The translations under genes were made by a program, and so were the position numbers. A stretch of DNA of 64,000 bases from Styela clava. Its lineage: Eukaryota. The stretch covers positions 8,804,001-8,868,000 of the forward strand of contig NC_135256.1 of NCBI RefSeq assembly GCF_964204865.1, in the 5' to 3' direction. Below, piece after piece: positions 12,800-31,054 of the stretch (position 1 is the first letter of the stretch; every line of letters starts with the position of its first letter). Below the pieces are notes generated by a model. That model ran no database searches and was not told the DNA's origin. It saw nothing but the letters and a program-made list of their open reading frames with translations.

Positions 12800-13506
12800 C
12801 AGGGCTGCATATGAAAATGTCCGCTATTTGAAATAAATTTAGCTGTAAAGGTTTCTGTCCCCTGTGGTAGTGTTGTATATTCAAATGTTTCATATTTAAA
12901 ATGTTTTGTGTTGAAATTGTGTTATAATCTTTTTTTCATATTGTTTATATCTAAATTATTTTGGCGTAATGTTTAGTAAATGCATTGTCTCAACTTGTTT
13001 TTATTATGACCTTCACATACACATCATCTTCTGCGAAGTATTGAATTTTCTACTCCTCGATTATCAAGAAATGTTTTGCTTTCGTGTGACTGTTTTGTTC
13101 TGCTCATTAAGAGCCTTGTTAGAAGTAGCATGGATACTATTATAGCTTGAGGTTTACCGCTGCATTTTTCATTCCAAATATGTAACAATTATTCGGAACA
13201 CTTTCTATGACTAATTTAGTGATGTATGACATGGATCTGATTCTAATCTTAACATGGTAGGTAGACCTCAGATATAGATTAGGTGACATATGACACTTGG
13301 CAGTGGACTTCATGCTATAGTAGCACCAATTCATGTTCCCAAAACAATCATATTAAATTGATTGATAAATTGACCGACTTTTATCTGAAAGACATATCTT
13401 TAAGTTGGTTCACCTCTCTAGAGACTTGGGGGGGTTATAATTTCTCTATTGCCTATTTTTGTAACTAATTGATTATTTTGTTCTTTGGTAGAATAGAAAA
13501 CATAAA

Positions 13507-14295
13507 ATGTCTTTTTTGGAGCAATGCGAGGAACAGTTTGGGTCAAAAGACTTGTATAATGTGTTGAATGTATCAAAGGATGCATCAGAAAAACAAATCA
13601 AAGCGGCTTATCGTAAAATGTCTTTGAAGGTTCATCCTGATAGGGTAACTGAAGAAGAGAAAGCACTTGCTACTGAAAAATTCCAAATTTTAGGAAAAGT
13701 CTATAGCGTACTTTCTGATGAAGAACGTCGGAAAGTTTATGATGAAAGTGGATGTGTAGATAATGAAATTGACAGCGACATTTTTAATTGGAAACAATTT
13801 TGGTCGTCAAGATTTGGAAATTTAAACGATGCCATTAAAGAGTTTACTGATGAATACTGGGGCTCGGAAAAGGAAAAAGATGACTTAAAAAAAGCTTATG
13901 AGGAATATAAAGGTGATATGAATAAAATAATACAAAATATGTATTGTAGAGCTTTAGATCATGAACAACGATATAGAGAACTGATTGAAGAATGGATCAA
14001 AGCTAAGGAATTGCCAAACTATGATAAATTCTCTAAAGAAACCAAAGCAAAACGTTTAGCACGAAAACGTAAATACGAGAAAGAAGCAAAGCATGCAGAA
14101 AAAAATGCGAAAGTTTTTGAAAAAGAAATGGGAGATTCCATATCTGACATAGCAAGTATCATTGCCCAAAGAAATGAGGATCGGATGAAGAAACAAGAAG
14201 CATTTCTAGACCAAATAGCTGCTAAATATGTGAAACCGAAAAAAGCAAACAGCAAAAAGAAAAAACCTGGCACCAGTAAAAAGAAATCCCCATGA
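13507..14295 (+). CDS. DNAJC9: DnaJ homolog subfamily C member 9, intronless CDS
   Basis: J domain with HPD, N-terminus LEQCEEQFGSKDLYNVL, middle GSEKEKDDLKKAY and C-terminal FLDQIAAKY, all typical of DNAJC9. Confidence 0.93.
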   Translation: MSFLEQCEEQFGSKDLYNVLNVSKDASEKQIKAAYRKMSLKVHPDRVTEEEKALATEKFQILGKVYSVLSDEERRKVYDESGCVDNEIDSDIFNWKQFWSSRFGNLNDAIKEFTDEYWGSEKEKDDLKKAYEEYKGDMNKIIQNMYCRALDHEQRYRELIEEWIKAKELPNYDKFSKETKAKRLARKRKYEKEAKHAEKNAKVFEKEMGDSISDIASIIAQRNEDRMKKQEAFLDQIAAKYVKPKKANSKKKKPGTSKKKSP

Positions 14296-14691
14296 AAATG
14301 GTTCATTCCAAAAGTCCCAAGTTCAAAATACTTAATAAAATGTTGAGCTGAATTAACAGTACAAAAATGATCCTATACTGTTTTCAGTAATTGAGAGCAA
14401 ATTTCTACAGTTTATCAGTTCTACTGTACTATTGCTATAACTTACATACACTTGCATATTTATCTACGTATATTCATGCTTCACAGTGCATGCGTAACAG
14501 TGCTGCAGAGGAATTGAAACACTTTTCCTAGTATCATAAATTTATTTTGTCGTTATTAAGACCTAATAATAATACTCGTATTTGTTAATTTTCGTTATTT
14601 GAATTCTTCTTTTTGTTCTTTCATTTTTGCAGTAATTTCACTATCTAATCCATGAGATTTTTCAAGCTATTATTGTGTTTAAAAAAATAAG

Positions 14692-19134
<4,443 letters not shown>

Positions 19135-20423
19135 GATATGCCGAGTAAAACTGTCTGAAAATGGATGTTATGCATATCTAACATGCTAAAGACAGGTATT
19201 AAGTGGGTTGAATGCAATACTTGACAAAGCATTTTGATATACGAAGCCATTGCAATACATTTGCGGTAAACTATGATCATGAACTGTTAGGTTGTGTACT
19301 ATGGAGTTTTGACTGCGTTGGATTGTTCAAAGATGTGGAAATACAAGTCGTTTTGATTTGCAAAATTTTCATTGGAACTAGGATGCTGAAATTTTGTCAT
19401 CATTGCCCTTGTTATGCTATTACATGAATCTGGGAATTTCAGCACCATACACATACTTGTGGCAATGAAGGACTATTTTAATTACACAAACATCAACCTG
19501 GTATGATTAATGCTGATTATTGAGAGGAAATAGTGACTTCTGTTTATGCTCCATTCAGCATGATGAGTCTGACTGACAACACTGCATTCTTCATACATGC
19601 CAATGTTTTTTGAATTTCGTATGAATTTATGATTCATGATATTTTCTTTCCATGTCTACAAAATGACAATAAAACATTTCGCACAATATTGACCATCAGT
19701 TGATTACTAGTACACATACAAAGTGTCTTGTCTCTCAGCCTGTTGAATTTATATATATAACAAGGCATTTTTCAATGAAGTAACAGATCATGAGGCAAAA
19801 TAACAATTACTGCATGGGTTCGTGACTTCAGGGGTGAGGCTTTAGCTATAGACAGCTGGTCCTATGTAATGATGCGAGTAGGATAACATGCTGCATATAC
19901 GCACAGAACACCAGTGACACTACACTTTGAATGTACCATCCATTTTCCCACATGTTATTTCTGTGAATGACAAATTTTGTGGTTGTGTATTTCGCGACGC
20001 GAATCGTAACCGGGAATACTTTTGTTTTGTTCGTTCAGTTGTTATGATAGCTATTCGCGGGCAAGGTTGATGTAATGCGGGGGTTTGTTTCTATACAGAT
20101 GACAAACTGATAAACAACATTCGATTTTTTAAAAAAAATTGACACTGTAAAAGCAATATGCAACTACATACACCTATTATTTTAAATTATACATCATCAA
20201 TTTTTCTCCCATCACTTTACTCAGATGATTGAAAGTGATTGCCTATAGTTACAAACACAGTTCAGTTTCTACAAAAGTGAATCTCATTAAACAAATTAAC
20301 CATTGCAGTATTCATCCTTTTTGAATAACTAATATGGAATAATACAGAAAAAAAATCATGTGGAAGTGCAAAACATTACATATGTACAAACAAAATATGA
20401 AAGTAAAAGGAGCAAAGACAATG

Positions 20424-21473
20424 TTATCTTCTTGAGGTCCCCCCAAACCCAGATGCAGTCCTTGATGTTCCAGATGATGACGACCTGCTGCCTCTGTATG
20501 TGGTATGAGATGTTCCCGATTGCCAGGAGTTGCCCCATCCTCGATTTCCTCCCCACCCACTGCTACCCCATCCACGATTACCACCCCATCCGCTTCCACC
20601 CCACCCTCCATTGTATCCAGTGCCATAATTATTTCTTGGATACCCATATCCATAATTATTGCCTCTTCGTCCAAAAAGATAACCAAGTACACCTCCCCAT
20701 CCCATGCCAGACCAAAAGCCACCAGCAGGTGATGAATTGTTTGTTGTCGTTGAAGAAGATGTACGTGTCCTGTCGCCGGTAGAATCAGAATACGCTGGTG
20801 GAGGTTCATAATTGCCACCAGTCTGTGAGTACTCTGGTTTGAAACCATAAGGAGGTGGTTGGTTACCAGGAGGTGATCTATGGTTAGAACTGGTACCTCT
20901 GGAATGGTTCGGTTGATTTTCACTTACAGCAGAACACATTTTATAAATTAGGAACACAATCGCCCCAACAACCAATAATCCCAGAAAACAAGATCCTGAA
21001 GACTCTTTATGCTGTAAGTTTGATTGTCCGTAACTATACCCACCCCAACTATTTTGGTTTCTGGATTTTCCTGCATCAGTTACATCAATTGTGTACTCCA
21101 AACCACAAGATCCTTTCAAAACATAGGGATCGTCTGGGTAGTCATAACCTTCACAAGTAACTTGTACTTTCCCAAAACGATACGAGTCATCCATATCAGT
21201 TTTGCATTCCCATTGAACATCATGGCCATCGAATCCCACATTTCTGCATTGGACTGTATGTGGAACAAAACCATGGCACCCCGCAACTCCTCCAACACAT
21301 TTCAACTGTGGCACAGGAGATGACCTTCGCCCGGTTGTCATTTGACCTTGATGAAGTGTTATTGCAGAAATATCACGTAAAAGTACTCGATCCGAACCAA
21401 AACCAAATGTCCACATACATGGTGTACAACATAGTATAACAATTCCAAGTAGTATGGTTATTTTTAACCACAT
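20424..21473 (-). CDS. SARAF: Store-operated calcium entry-associated regulatory factor (TMEM66), intronless CDS
   Basis: Signal peptide, TTGRRSSPVPQLKCVGG, DVQWECK, CEGYDYPDDPYVLKGSCGLEY, one TM helix, PPPY motif and C-terminal TRTASGFGGTSRR. Confidence 0.95.
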   Translation of the reverse strand: MWLKITILLGIVILCCTPCMWTFGFGSDRVLLRDISAITLHQGQMTTGRRSSPVPQLKCVGGVAGCHGFVPHTVQCRNVGFDGHDVQWECKTDMDDSYRFGKVQVTCEGYDYPDDPYVLKGSCGLEYTIDVTDAGKSRNQNSWGGYSYGQSNLQHKESSGSCFLGLLVVGAIVFLIYKMCSAVSENQPNHSRGTSSNHRSPPGNQPPPYGFKPEYSQTGGNYEPPPAYSDSTGDRTRTSSSTTTNNSSPAGGFWSGMGWGGVLGYLFGRRGNNYGYGYPRNNYGTGYNGGWGGSGWGGNRGWGSSGWGGNRGWGNSWQSGTSHTTYRGSRSSSSGTSRTASGFGGTSRR

Positions 21474-22192
21474 TGTTCCAGAAGTTATTCAATCACAAAT
21501 TAATTTCAAGTCTACAACTGTTCAATATTAATTTCTGAAATGCAGTAAGCACTTCATTACTGGGTCTATGACTATATTTTATAAAACCAGGAAATAATTT
21601 CCAGTTGGCTGCTTTTTACATGACCAGACATGCAGAAACTGCGGCCTTGGTAAATGGCATTGTTGGACAAAAATAGGCTTAGCCTATGTATGTATTTCAG
21701 GTGTCATTTCATTGAAGTTGCAAAGCATAAATTTATGCTTGGTCACAAAACACAATGTAAAGTATTTTATGAATCATGGACAATATCACTGAAAACGTTG
21801 CTGACAATTTGCTCAATAAGACCCCGAGCAACCCAAGACTGTATCAGGTTTTACAATTAGGATATTTTCTATCAGTTTGGGTGATATTTGAATTTTCTCA
21901 AATTTCAACAAATTCCTTTCTACCCTCATAATATTTCATCAATATTAGCGGGGAATCAAAAAAAATTCTAATATGTGTGAAGCTACCTAAAGTTGTACCT
22001 CCTATTTATAATAAATATTAACTATGAATATGATTTTACCATATTACAAATGGCAACAGAGATTTATTTTCCACAAACAAAAATCAAAAACAGCTACTGC
22101 TGTACTGGGACAATATTATGATATTAGTTGGATGAAAGTATCATTTGAGGCCATCAACACTGCTGACCCAGAAATACAAGTGCAGTTTTAAG

Positions 22193-22645
22193 TATTCTGT
22201 GGCATCTGCAGCTGCCGCAAAACCATGGCAGTATTTCCATACCATGGCCGCTACGGCCAAACTCATGGCAACTGACTTTTTATCTGCCACAAACCAATGT
22301 CGAGCTGCCGTTACCGCGGCAGCAAATTGAAAATCAATGGCAGGTAAAATTTTGCTGCCGTAACCGCGGCAGGTGGGCCGTAAAGACAGGGCTGTCTATT
22401 ATGGTGACAAATATTAGGTAAGTTGGAACGTTTTTCTTATGGATACAGTTTTGATTGATTTGGGGTTAGGGTTAGGGTTTAAGTCGATATAATTCCACAT
22501 GATCAATTAAAATCTGGTACATTAATTTGTGAATATACCGTTAATACTGATTACTGAATAGCGATATAAAACCATGGCAAGAGCTGCCGCGGTTCGTTCG
22601 TGGCAGGAGCTGCCATGAAGTGGTAAGAACTGCGCCTCCAGAAAT
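22193..22645. mobile_element. Non-autonomous MITE-like element with internal gttagg repeats
   Basis: Imperfect inverted ends, repeated gctgccg/catggca/ccgcggca motifs and gttagggttaggg at ~22465. Boundaries approximate. Confidence 0.45.
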
Positions 22646-23996
22646 ATATGCTGTATGAAAGCATTCATTCGATAGCATTAACAGTAGTCATGATTGCAGA
22701 ATTTAAAATAAATAATAAAGAAATGAGTTGGCAATTACTATAATTCAATATAACAAATGAGAGGTGGGACTGTGTGAAGTTTTGAGCAAAGCACTCCGAG
22801 AAACTTGAGGAAATTAATCCAGTAATCAGTCAATATAGGCATTTGTAACATTAGTTCCCTAGAGCCTACGTACCAGGCTCAAATATGGAAAGTAAATATA
22901 CCTGATTAAGCAGACACATTTTCAATGATTTAAATGTAAGAATACCATTGGAGTTACCATATCCACCACAGAAAACGTTTAAATATTGATGGATTTCTGG
23001 ATTTTAAAACGTAGGAGTATTTGATCAAAATAACGAGTAAATTTGATTGGAAAAATCAATCATGAGCCACACATGAACTTTGGTCAATTGTGCCTCCCGC
23101 AGTTATGCTCGGAACCTACCGTAACTACCAAGGCAGGCGCTAAAAGAAATCGAATATAAACACTCATTCTTTACGATTCTCGGTACGGACACCAGTGTCG
23201 AAGACTAATCCTTATCAACAGACTGTCTGTTTCAATTACTTAAGCAAGGTACTATTTACGCTATTAGGTCGTAACTTACTCCGTTGAGATACAACTTACT
23301 AACAACTAGACCTAGCCTATAACAACTGCTTCGCACAGACGCGGAAGTGCTTTATAAAACATATTGGGCGAATGAAGGCGGGACACGCATCACACATACG
23401 TGTCCAGTGCATTTCGGTCCCATGACCACTCGCTCACCAGACTTGTTGCAATTCAAGCTTTCGACTTGCGTAGTAAGATTTTAATGTTTCACTCTCCTTT
23501 TACAGTTTACATAGTGTCATAATACAGTAATATAATGACACCCATACAAAAATTGGCGGAATTATAGCAATGCAACAAAGTGACAAAGTACCGAGTGTTG
23601 TATTGTATAAAAACGGTCGAGATCTTAGTCGAACTTCAAAACATGGCGTGCTTGATACTACTACCTTATAAACTTTGAATTAAAGCTGTGGTTTCCAACT
23701 TCATCGTGAAATTTCTACGTTCGCTCAATTAGATCGTTTTATTCTCCCTTGCTTTGCATGAAAACTCTGTTTCCGTGATTTGTTAGATCTTTAATGGATT
23801 CATATCTAGTGTTATGCACAAGTCAATCTCCCCCTTTTGTACAGTTAAAATAGTTTATAATATGTGCACGAATAAGTATTGTAGAAATAATAAAGGACTT
23901 AAGAATATAAATAATACTCCTCAAGAATGACAAAATTTCTCCCCAAGGTGAAATTCCTTCTCGACTAGGGAAACGTTGTATTAGAGTAGCCTACAG

Positions 23997-24709
23997 CAGG
24001 GCTACTCAACTATTTTTATCGAAGATCCGCATACAAAACTTCAAAATTATTTGGGTCCGGTGTTTTCACAAATTATATTTCGGCATCCTCAAACTACAGG
24101 AGTGGTGACTCCTCTACGGCCCATGGGCCGGGGCCACGGCCCATCTAATTGGGCCACATGGGCCGTGGCCCATAGCTTGATGGGCCGCGGCCCCATCAGG
24201 AAAAATTCAATTATCTTAACAAAATTTTAAATTTTTACCAAATTGTCAATATTCGAACCAAAAAAATATACTCCTGTAGTATGTGTACCAGGTTAGGGTT
24301 AGGACAAAAAAAATTCAGATTTTTTACATTATAGTTCTATTATGAGTTCGGGGACTGTCTGTGTTAGCCAAGTGAATAGTTTCTTTACACAACTTGATGG
24401 GCCGCGGCCCATAGCCTGATGGGCCGAGGCCCAATTCGATGGGCCGTGGCCCCGGCCCATGGGCCGCAGAGGAGTCACCACTCCCACTCTCCTCAAACGC
24501 ACACTTCCTCGACCGGCTAATGATTATCAGCTAATCAAGCTTGTTTGTTATGGTGTTATAGTTTTTTTCATATATATTCGAAACAATAAAAGTCACTTTA
24601 TAAAATGAAACTTTATAAGTGATGCTAATGGTCCAAAATAAAGAATTAGGTGCGGTCCGAATCAAATACTAGAAAGGTCCAGATTCGGACCGCGGGCTGA
24701 GTAGCCCAG
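23997..24709. mobile_element. hAT MITE containing a nested insertion
   Basis: Ends cagggctactca...tgagtagcccag with a perfect 8-bp TSD gcctacag (23989-23996, 24710-24717). Confidence 0.85.
24095..24489. mobile_element. Fold-back MITE with a 9-bp TSD (Mutator-like), nested in the hAT MITE
   Basis: ~90-bp inverted arms (ggagtggtgactcctct.cggcccatgggccggg...) flanked by tcctcaaac at 24086-24094 and 24490-24498. Confidence 0.75.
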
Positions 24710-25622
24710 GCCTACAGTACAGGAATAAGAAGATCTTCAATAATAACCATATATTTGCACGCTCTTCAGTTTAGAACAAAGCAACGACTAACATACCGGA
24801 AAATATAATATAAGTTTGGGAACTACAGTAAAAACAGAAACAAAAAAACGGAATTCATTCGAATAAAAATGGTATGTATTTTCCAATTAAGTTCATCGTG
24901 TTCGAACACATAAAGTCAACTACGGAGTACATGTAAAATGGCCATGGACAATGTTTGTGCAGTTGAACAATTTATAGTTACAGGCATATTTAAATTTATA
25001 TATACAGATATTTAGCTCACATATGGGAAGAAAATTAACTATGTGGACTATTTTGAAAAATCCCACATTTACTGATTCGAACAACATTTCCTATTAAATG
25101 AAAAAATTACTTGCCCAAATGAAACTGTAGGATAGGTGTACGTTTGCGAGACGCAATAATTTATTTATTCGTATATTTCATACATCGGAAATGTGCATAT
25201 CATAATTGTCAGTGACTCACTGCAGTGATATAGTCGTTGTGGTACCAAATTGTGTCTTCTAATGAAACGTTACTTCGATCACAAATAGATTGGTATAAAA
25301 AGACATTATTTGAGGCAGAGTGGTCCAAACCCAGGCCCGCGGGCCACATGTGGCCCGCCGCTCCATTTTCTGTGGCTCGCGCCGCATTCTGAGAGTAGTC
25401 AAAATATCGTATATTAAATTGCTTCTCATGAAATAAATCAGAAAAATTGTTGACATATTGTTGTTATATCATAGCCATTATATAACTAGTCTGGAAGGCC
25501 GTATACTGACCTGTTGTTCACAGCGTCATCTAGTGTTGGCGTGGGTAATCCAAAACCACGGCGTCGTCTGCTCTATATTTTTAGGCCGCTCGCTGCTAAC
25601 GTTATTCAAAGTTCGAATGAAA

Positions 25623-26663
25623 ATGGATTTATCTGAGGAAGAAATGCTTGAATTTTTTGATGACGTGAGTTATATAAAATTGGTTGCTATACTAAATTAG
25701 GATTTGGTCCTGAAATAATGAATAGTAGTTTAATATATGAATGCAGAAGCCGGCTTTGGTTTGACTAAAAATTTGGGCAGTATTTTTACATTACATTTAA
25801 ATTTTGCTTTATATAAATACTTACGGCATATACTTTTTTAGACCAGAGTTTATACCTAAACTATTTTACAGCTTGATGACGAGATAGAAGAAAAATGGGG
25901 CATATCTGTAGTAGAAATTGACTACGGAAGCGTTGACTGCAAGAAGCAACTGCAGATTGCACTGAGTGATTTGAACATCCAGTTGAACCAGGAATCACCA
26001 CTGTGGGAGGAAGTTTTGGCGGATTTGATGGAAATTTCTAGGGAAGAGTCCAGAATTAAAATGACAGCTGAATACATTAAAAAATTGCAGAAGCCATACT
26101 CTAACAATTCTGAAATACCTCATTTGGATGTAAAACGAATAATCAAAACTGCTGCACCGAAAATTATAAAAGAAGCATTTCAGGTAACCCTAACTGAGCC
26201 GTTCATGCAAATTTCTGTAACCGAAGACGATGAAAAGGTGATAGAGTACCTAGCTGGGGGATTGCTAAAATGGGGAATGAAGCGTCTAGGTGGAGAAGGT
26301 GCTTCATGGTGCGAAAGCCACGCTTCTGTGCGCGATCTTCCTGATTGCTTTCAAGAACGCAATAGAGGCGGTCTCATATCAGCATCCGAAACATTCGTTC
26401 GCTTCCTTATCTCTGTGGAACGTGAATTCCGGTCTCAAGTTTGCAAAAGGATAATAGATGAACGACGTATTATTGGAAATATTGACATGGACCCCTTCAG
26501 CCCCAGTGAATCCAGTATTCTGACAATTCTCGTGCGAAGATTTATTCGAACAAGGGCCCATATCCATTGCAATACTGAACTGCAGAATAACGTGTTAAAA
26601 AAAACAACTGGACCCAAATCATATGGACTTCGCGATGCTTTGAAGGATTGTTTTTCCAAGTAA
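25623..26663 (+). CDS. Second gene of the P element: 277-aa protein resembling the P-transposase C-terminal domain
   Basis: Exon 1 25623-25664 (MDLSEEEMLEFFDD|gtgagt) joins in phase 0 to exon 2 25872-26663. Motifs EYLAGGLLKW, NRGGLISASETFVRFLISVEREF and RRFIRTR. AATAAA at ~26684. Confidence 0.8.
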
Positions 26664-27090
26664 TCTCATCATTATACCAAAACAATAAAAATTAGCCAAC
26701 GGAACTAGTTTCATTTTGTGTTTTTTTAGCATAAGAAATACCATAGGTAAACTGAACAGGAATTTTGACACTAATATGAAGAATTACACAGACCTGGTAG
26801 AGAGAAACAAAAAATACACAGGCCAATAATTGATAGCTATTTTTAAAACATGGATGAGGTTCCATAAAATTATACGGGGAAAGAGAAACTTTTTTTTTTG
26901 AATTCAGTCTCTCGAATAAGAGGCATTTTTGGCGATCCATCGATTAATATAAAAATACAATTTTGGATACATAAACTATTATTAAAAGCAGAGACGGGCC
27001 AGTCACTAAAATTAGAAACGATTTAAGAAAATGAACTAGTACTAGAATCCGGATGTATTCGAAGCAAAAAGTTCAGCTTCTGGAAATTTA

Positions 27091-30000
27091 TCAATCATTT
27101 TTAATCGCAACATTAGAACCAAAAACACTATTAAAAGATTTTACAACATCTATTGATCTGGAGTTTGATGTGAACAAACTTAAGGTAGGGTTTCCAGTAC
27201 GGGAACCTCGATCGCGTTGATGACCAAAATATGCCTCTAGAGGGTCTTGGTTAATACGCCGTGGTAAAACATAGCTCGCACCACTGCTCAGAACAATACG
27301 AATAATCGCAGCCATTGAAACGGATGCCATTCTCAAGCCATTTCTTGTGGCATCACTGAGCAGCATTTTCTGGCGATTAACATCTCCTACTAGTGGCCGA
27401 CTGTACGCCTTTTCTTCCCAATCATCCAGGTATTTTAGAAAATCTTTCTCAAGCCATTCTATTCTTTTATCATAGATGTTGTAAAAAGGCTGGCGAGATG
27501 GTTTAGCATTTTTATTCTGGAATCCTGAGTTCATGCAGTCAAACCACTTGTCTGAATTTAGAATAAACTCTGCTAAAGCAGAAAAACCTCGATTTTCTAT
27601 GGCTTTACCTAAAAAAAATTATGGGTTTGAAATAGAGGTGAATCAAATTCATGCTGTTTTTTAACCTTGAAGAAGTATATATCTTACCTACAGTATAAGA
27701 CAAAGTTTGTGCTGCGATACGTACACTCATTTTTTCCCAGGGACTCGGATTAATATGTGATTCAGTGATTTTATGAAAGAGCCTCAACTCTCCCCGCTTT
27801 AGATCTTCCTAAAAAGAAATTTCATTTCATGATGAAAGTGTTAAGCAGAGGCTTTCACAGCGACATATAGATTCATACCCTTATTAGCTGCTTTACAGGT
27901 TCCATATAGATGTCTTCTCCGTTCCACAGATTTTTTTTCGTACTGAGCAAATTATTACGACAGGTTTTCAAAAGGTGAGGTGGATCCGGCAGCATGTAGA
28001 TGTACCTTTGAATTTAAAATTTTTGCATTACAACCATGCCTTGAGACATATGAGTGCCATCACATACAAATGTTTTGTATACCGAGTAACATCAGCAGGG
28101 TTTCTCATTCTGTAAGGAATCCTGTCCTCTTTGGCTGCCATTAAATTTATAGCTGACCTATTTGCTGCAAGACCATCAACTTCAAAATGAAACCAAATCT
28201 TTATAATTCTGATACTGATATATTCAGGTGCTTAACTAGACTTAGCTGTAATATAACACACAAGAATGCAATGAATTATTACAACTTTTCTGTATCTTTC
28301 TCGTCTTTCTGTGTTTCTTTCACTAATATCTGTGTGACACCATTGTTACAAATTTTGTACAGAAATAGTTCTATGCTTGACTACATGCTTTTCCATGGCT
28401 AAATGCACACAACTTGAAAAAAATACCTATCTATGTCTGATCAAAATGATTCAACGTATAACAGAAACCACTGAAAAATTAACTTACAAACAATAGCAAG
28501 GATAACACAATGAGTCTGGTGAGGTATTTCCACCAAAAGGTCACATAATAATAGGACAAGATCCTCTGCATTGATTCCAGCCGTGGGATAATACGCAAGA
28601 ACGCCATCCAATTTGTGATTTGTGATGCCTGTGAAATAATGATATAGTTTTAGGCGGCTATCATAACACCTCAAGCAAAGGAAGTAGTTACTGGTTGTTA
28701 TATTCCAAGTGTGAACCGTGGAGTTGCACAATTGTACAGTGAAAAATGGAATGTGTGCACAGGCACTAAAATATAGGAGTGGCGTCTCTTATTGAAAATA
28801 ACTTTACCTCGAACATATATCGCAAGGACATGATTGGCAATCCTGTTATACGATTTGGACAAATTGTTAATGCATTCATTTCCAAAATCGACATAACCTG
28901 TAACCTCCCCAGTGGATGATTTGAACACAAGATCTTCTGAAACAGAAAAAAAATTCTTTCTAAGCTGCGAAAATTCATGTATATTCTGGAGAAAAAATAG
29001 TAGATTTTGCATCAGGAGTTGCATAGCCAAATTAATAAAAAAAAAAATAAGCCTACTCATTCTACTGAAACGTATAATCTGAACTACCTTTTATAGACAT
29101 TTCATCAACTGCAAGTACAACCATTTTGTCACATTCTTTCTCTGCAGAATCTGCTTCTAATTGTATACGCGCAGCAATGGATTTTTGAAATCCGTATTCA
29201 CATGAACCACAGAAAGCATTTCTGCTATTTTGCAGTGTACGTGGAGCAGGCAAGACCATGATTCTTTGTATGAATTTATACGCAGATGGTGACTTTGCAT
29301 ACAACATGAGACAGTAACTAAAAGTAACAATTGATGTGAACTACAAACAATATCTCCCAGGTCTTTAAATAACTGGTCTATCAATATAACAAGCAAAAAG
29401 GTAGTCAAAATCGCCAGAGAGATGAATGAATTTAATAATAATAATCCGAAGTAGATTTACCAACCGAATAATAGATGGTGGATATCTCCTTCCAAATTTA
29501 CTGTTAGATTTTTGCAAATGTTGCTGAACTTCCCACCAGTCTTTTAAAAACTCATCCTCTGACAATCCTTCAATCATGGAGGACATATTTGTTGAAACCA
29601 TGATGCCAGCCTTTCGTACCTCATTTTCAAGATCACTTAAACTGCAAATAGTTTGTAAAACATGAAAGTAAATGAAAACAAAAGCCTTCGTCAATGGTCA
29701 TTGCGTATAATAACTCACCGCTGTCTATTTATATTAGCTAGTGCGACCAATCTTTCTTTACTAGCTGTAGCATAAGTACACCGATTAGCAAGTGGAACAT
29801 GTTTTAGTTTTTCGAATCTATTGGTTTTTCGCTTGTCACTGTCTTGATCATGCACATGGAGACGCATACAAGTAGAGCAGATGTTGGGTCTTGCACCAGC
29901 ATAAGAATACGCTATTTCACATTGAGAGCTGATATATCTGTATTGATACAATACCAAAGATAAATTCAACAAAAATACAATTAATTATATATCTGTATAG

Positions 30001-31054
30001 TATATCTGACTGAACACAAATATATCTTACCTTAATTTCAAGGAAATTTCGCCAGTATCTTCTATTTCTGCAACACTTCTGGGAATCCATGAACTCTTTG
30101 TGGAAACAACATTATAACCAAAACAAGGAGTGAGATCAACCAAGTTTTTGAGTAAGATTGAAATTGAAATTCCTCTCAAACTTAGTGTCGATGATATAGT
30201 GGAAGAGTAAACTCCAGCAAAAGCGCAAGAAAAGTAAAATGGTTTTTGATCAAATTGGCAAATTAAAAGGCTTATTTCCGGTGTCGCATGTAAACTGTGA
30301 TTAGAGTAGTATGTGAAATGAGCTTTGTGTGCATTAATTCGATGCATTCTCCAGTTTTTCAGGGTAATACTTTCAAAAGCTGTAATTATTTCATTGATGG
30401 AATTGTAAATCGAAGATTGAGATGATGAAGATGGACAGTCATTTGTGGATGAATATTTGGGAACAATCCTTCTTGGTGGGCAAAGAGATACTTCATGCGA
30501 TTTTCTTGGCAAACATTTTGTAGGTAATGCTCCAAACTTAATCCAACTTCTTTTATTGGTCTTTTGGATATCTTCATCCTCGAAATGATCACCACAAATT
30601 CTGACCTTACCATCCTCAACTTTGCTTTTGAAATTAGGAGAGAAGCGATATTTGAACACAACCTGGGTGCAATAGAAAATTACTTAGCAATTAATATTGC
30701 AAAATAAGTGAGTTAATTAGAATACATAATATTAGAATGCATAAAGCACAAAATACACAGTGAAAACTCTTTAGGCTACTTCACATACATCAGTTGCATG
30801 CAGCATATTTCTGAAATGGAAGCATAAACTTCACCCATGCTTTTGATGGCCGAAATGAAATACGGAAGAAAGGGGAAAATTGTCGATACCAAACAAACCT
30901 GATGAAACTTTTGTGCCCATTCCTTTGAAGGCATTCCAAATTTCTTATTCTTACCATCCGGGACATGATACAAATGGTCACCATTCCCGGATGAACTTTT
31001 GCAACCAGGAATGCAGCAGTATGATCCAGACCATCGATGCTTGCTTGGAACCAT
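27091..31054 (-). CDS. THAP-domain P-element transposase, 11 coding exons, 848 aa, no disabling mutation seen
   Basis: Exons 31054-30899, 30662-30031, 29937-29719, 29641-29465, 29317-29088, 28936-28808, 28628-28488, 28179-28083, 28005-27879, 27808-27688 and 27608-27091. All are GT-AG and phase-compatible (2,547 nt). THAP CCIPGC...ICGDHF...ALP; SPSAY...LPAPRTL; catalytic VDEMSI, FDG, DPPHLLK and NQDPLEAYFG; GTP-insertion motif KMSVRIAAQTLS. Confidence 0.93.

Noticed and set aside
20312-21323. Several overlapping ORFs (203, 140, 99 and 75 aa) across SARAF
   Set aside because: Alternative-frame or antisense shadows of a low-complexity Gly-rich CDS.
22461-24305. ttagggttaggg telomere-like repeats at ~22466 and ~24292
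   Set aside because: Only two units each, internal to MITEs; not telomeric arrays.
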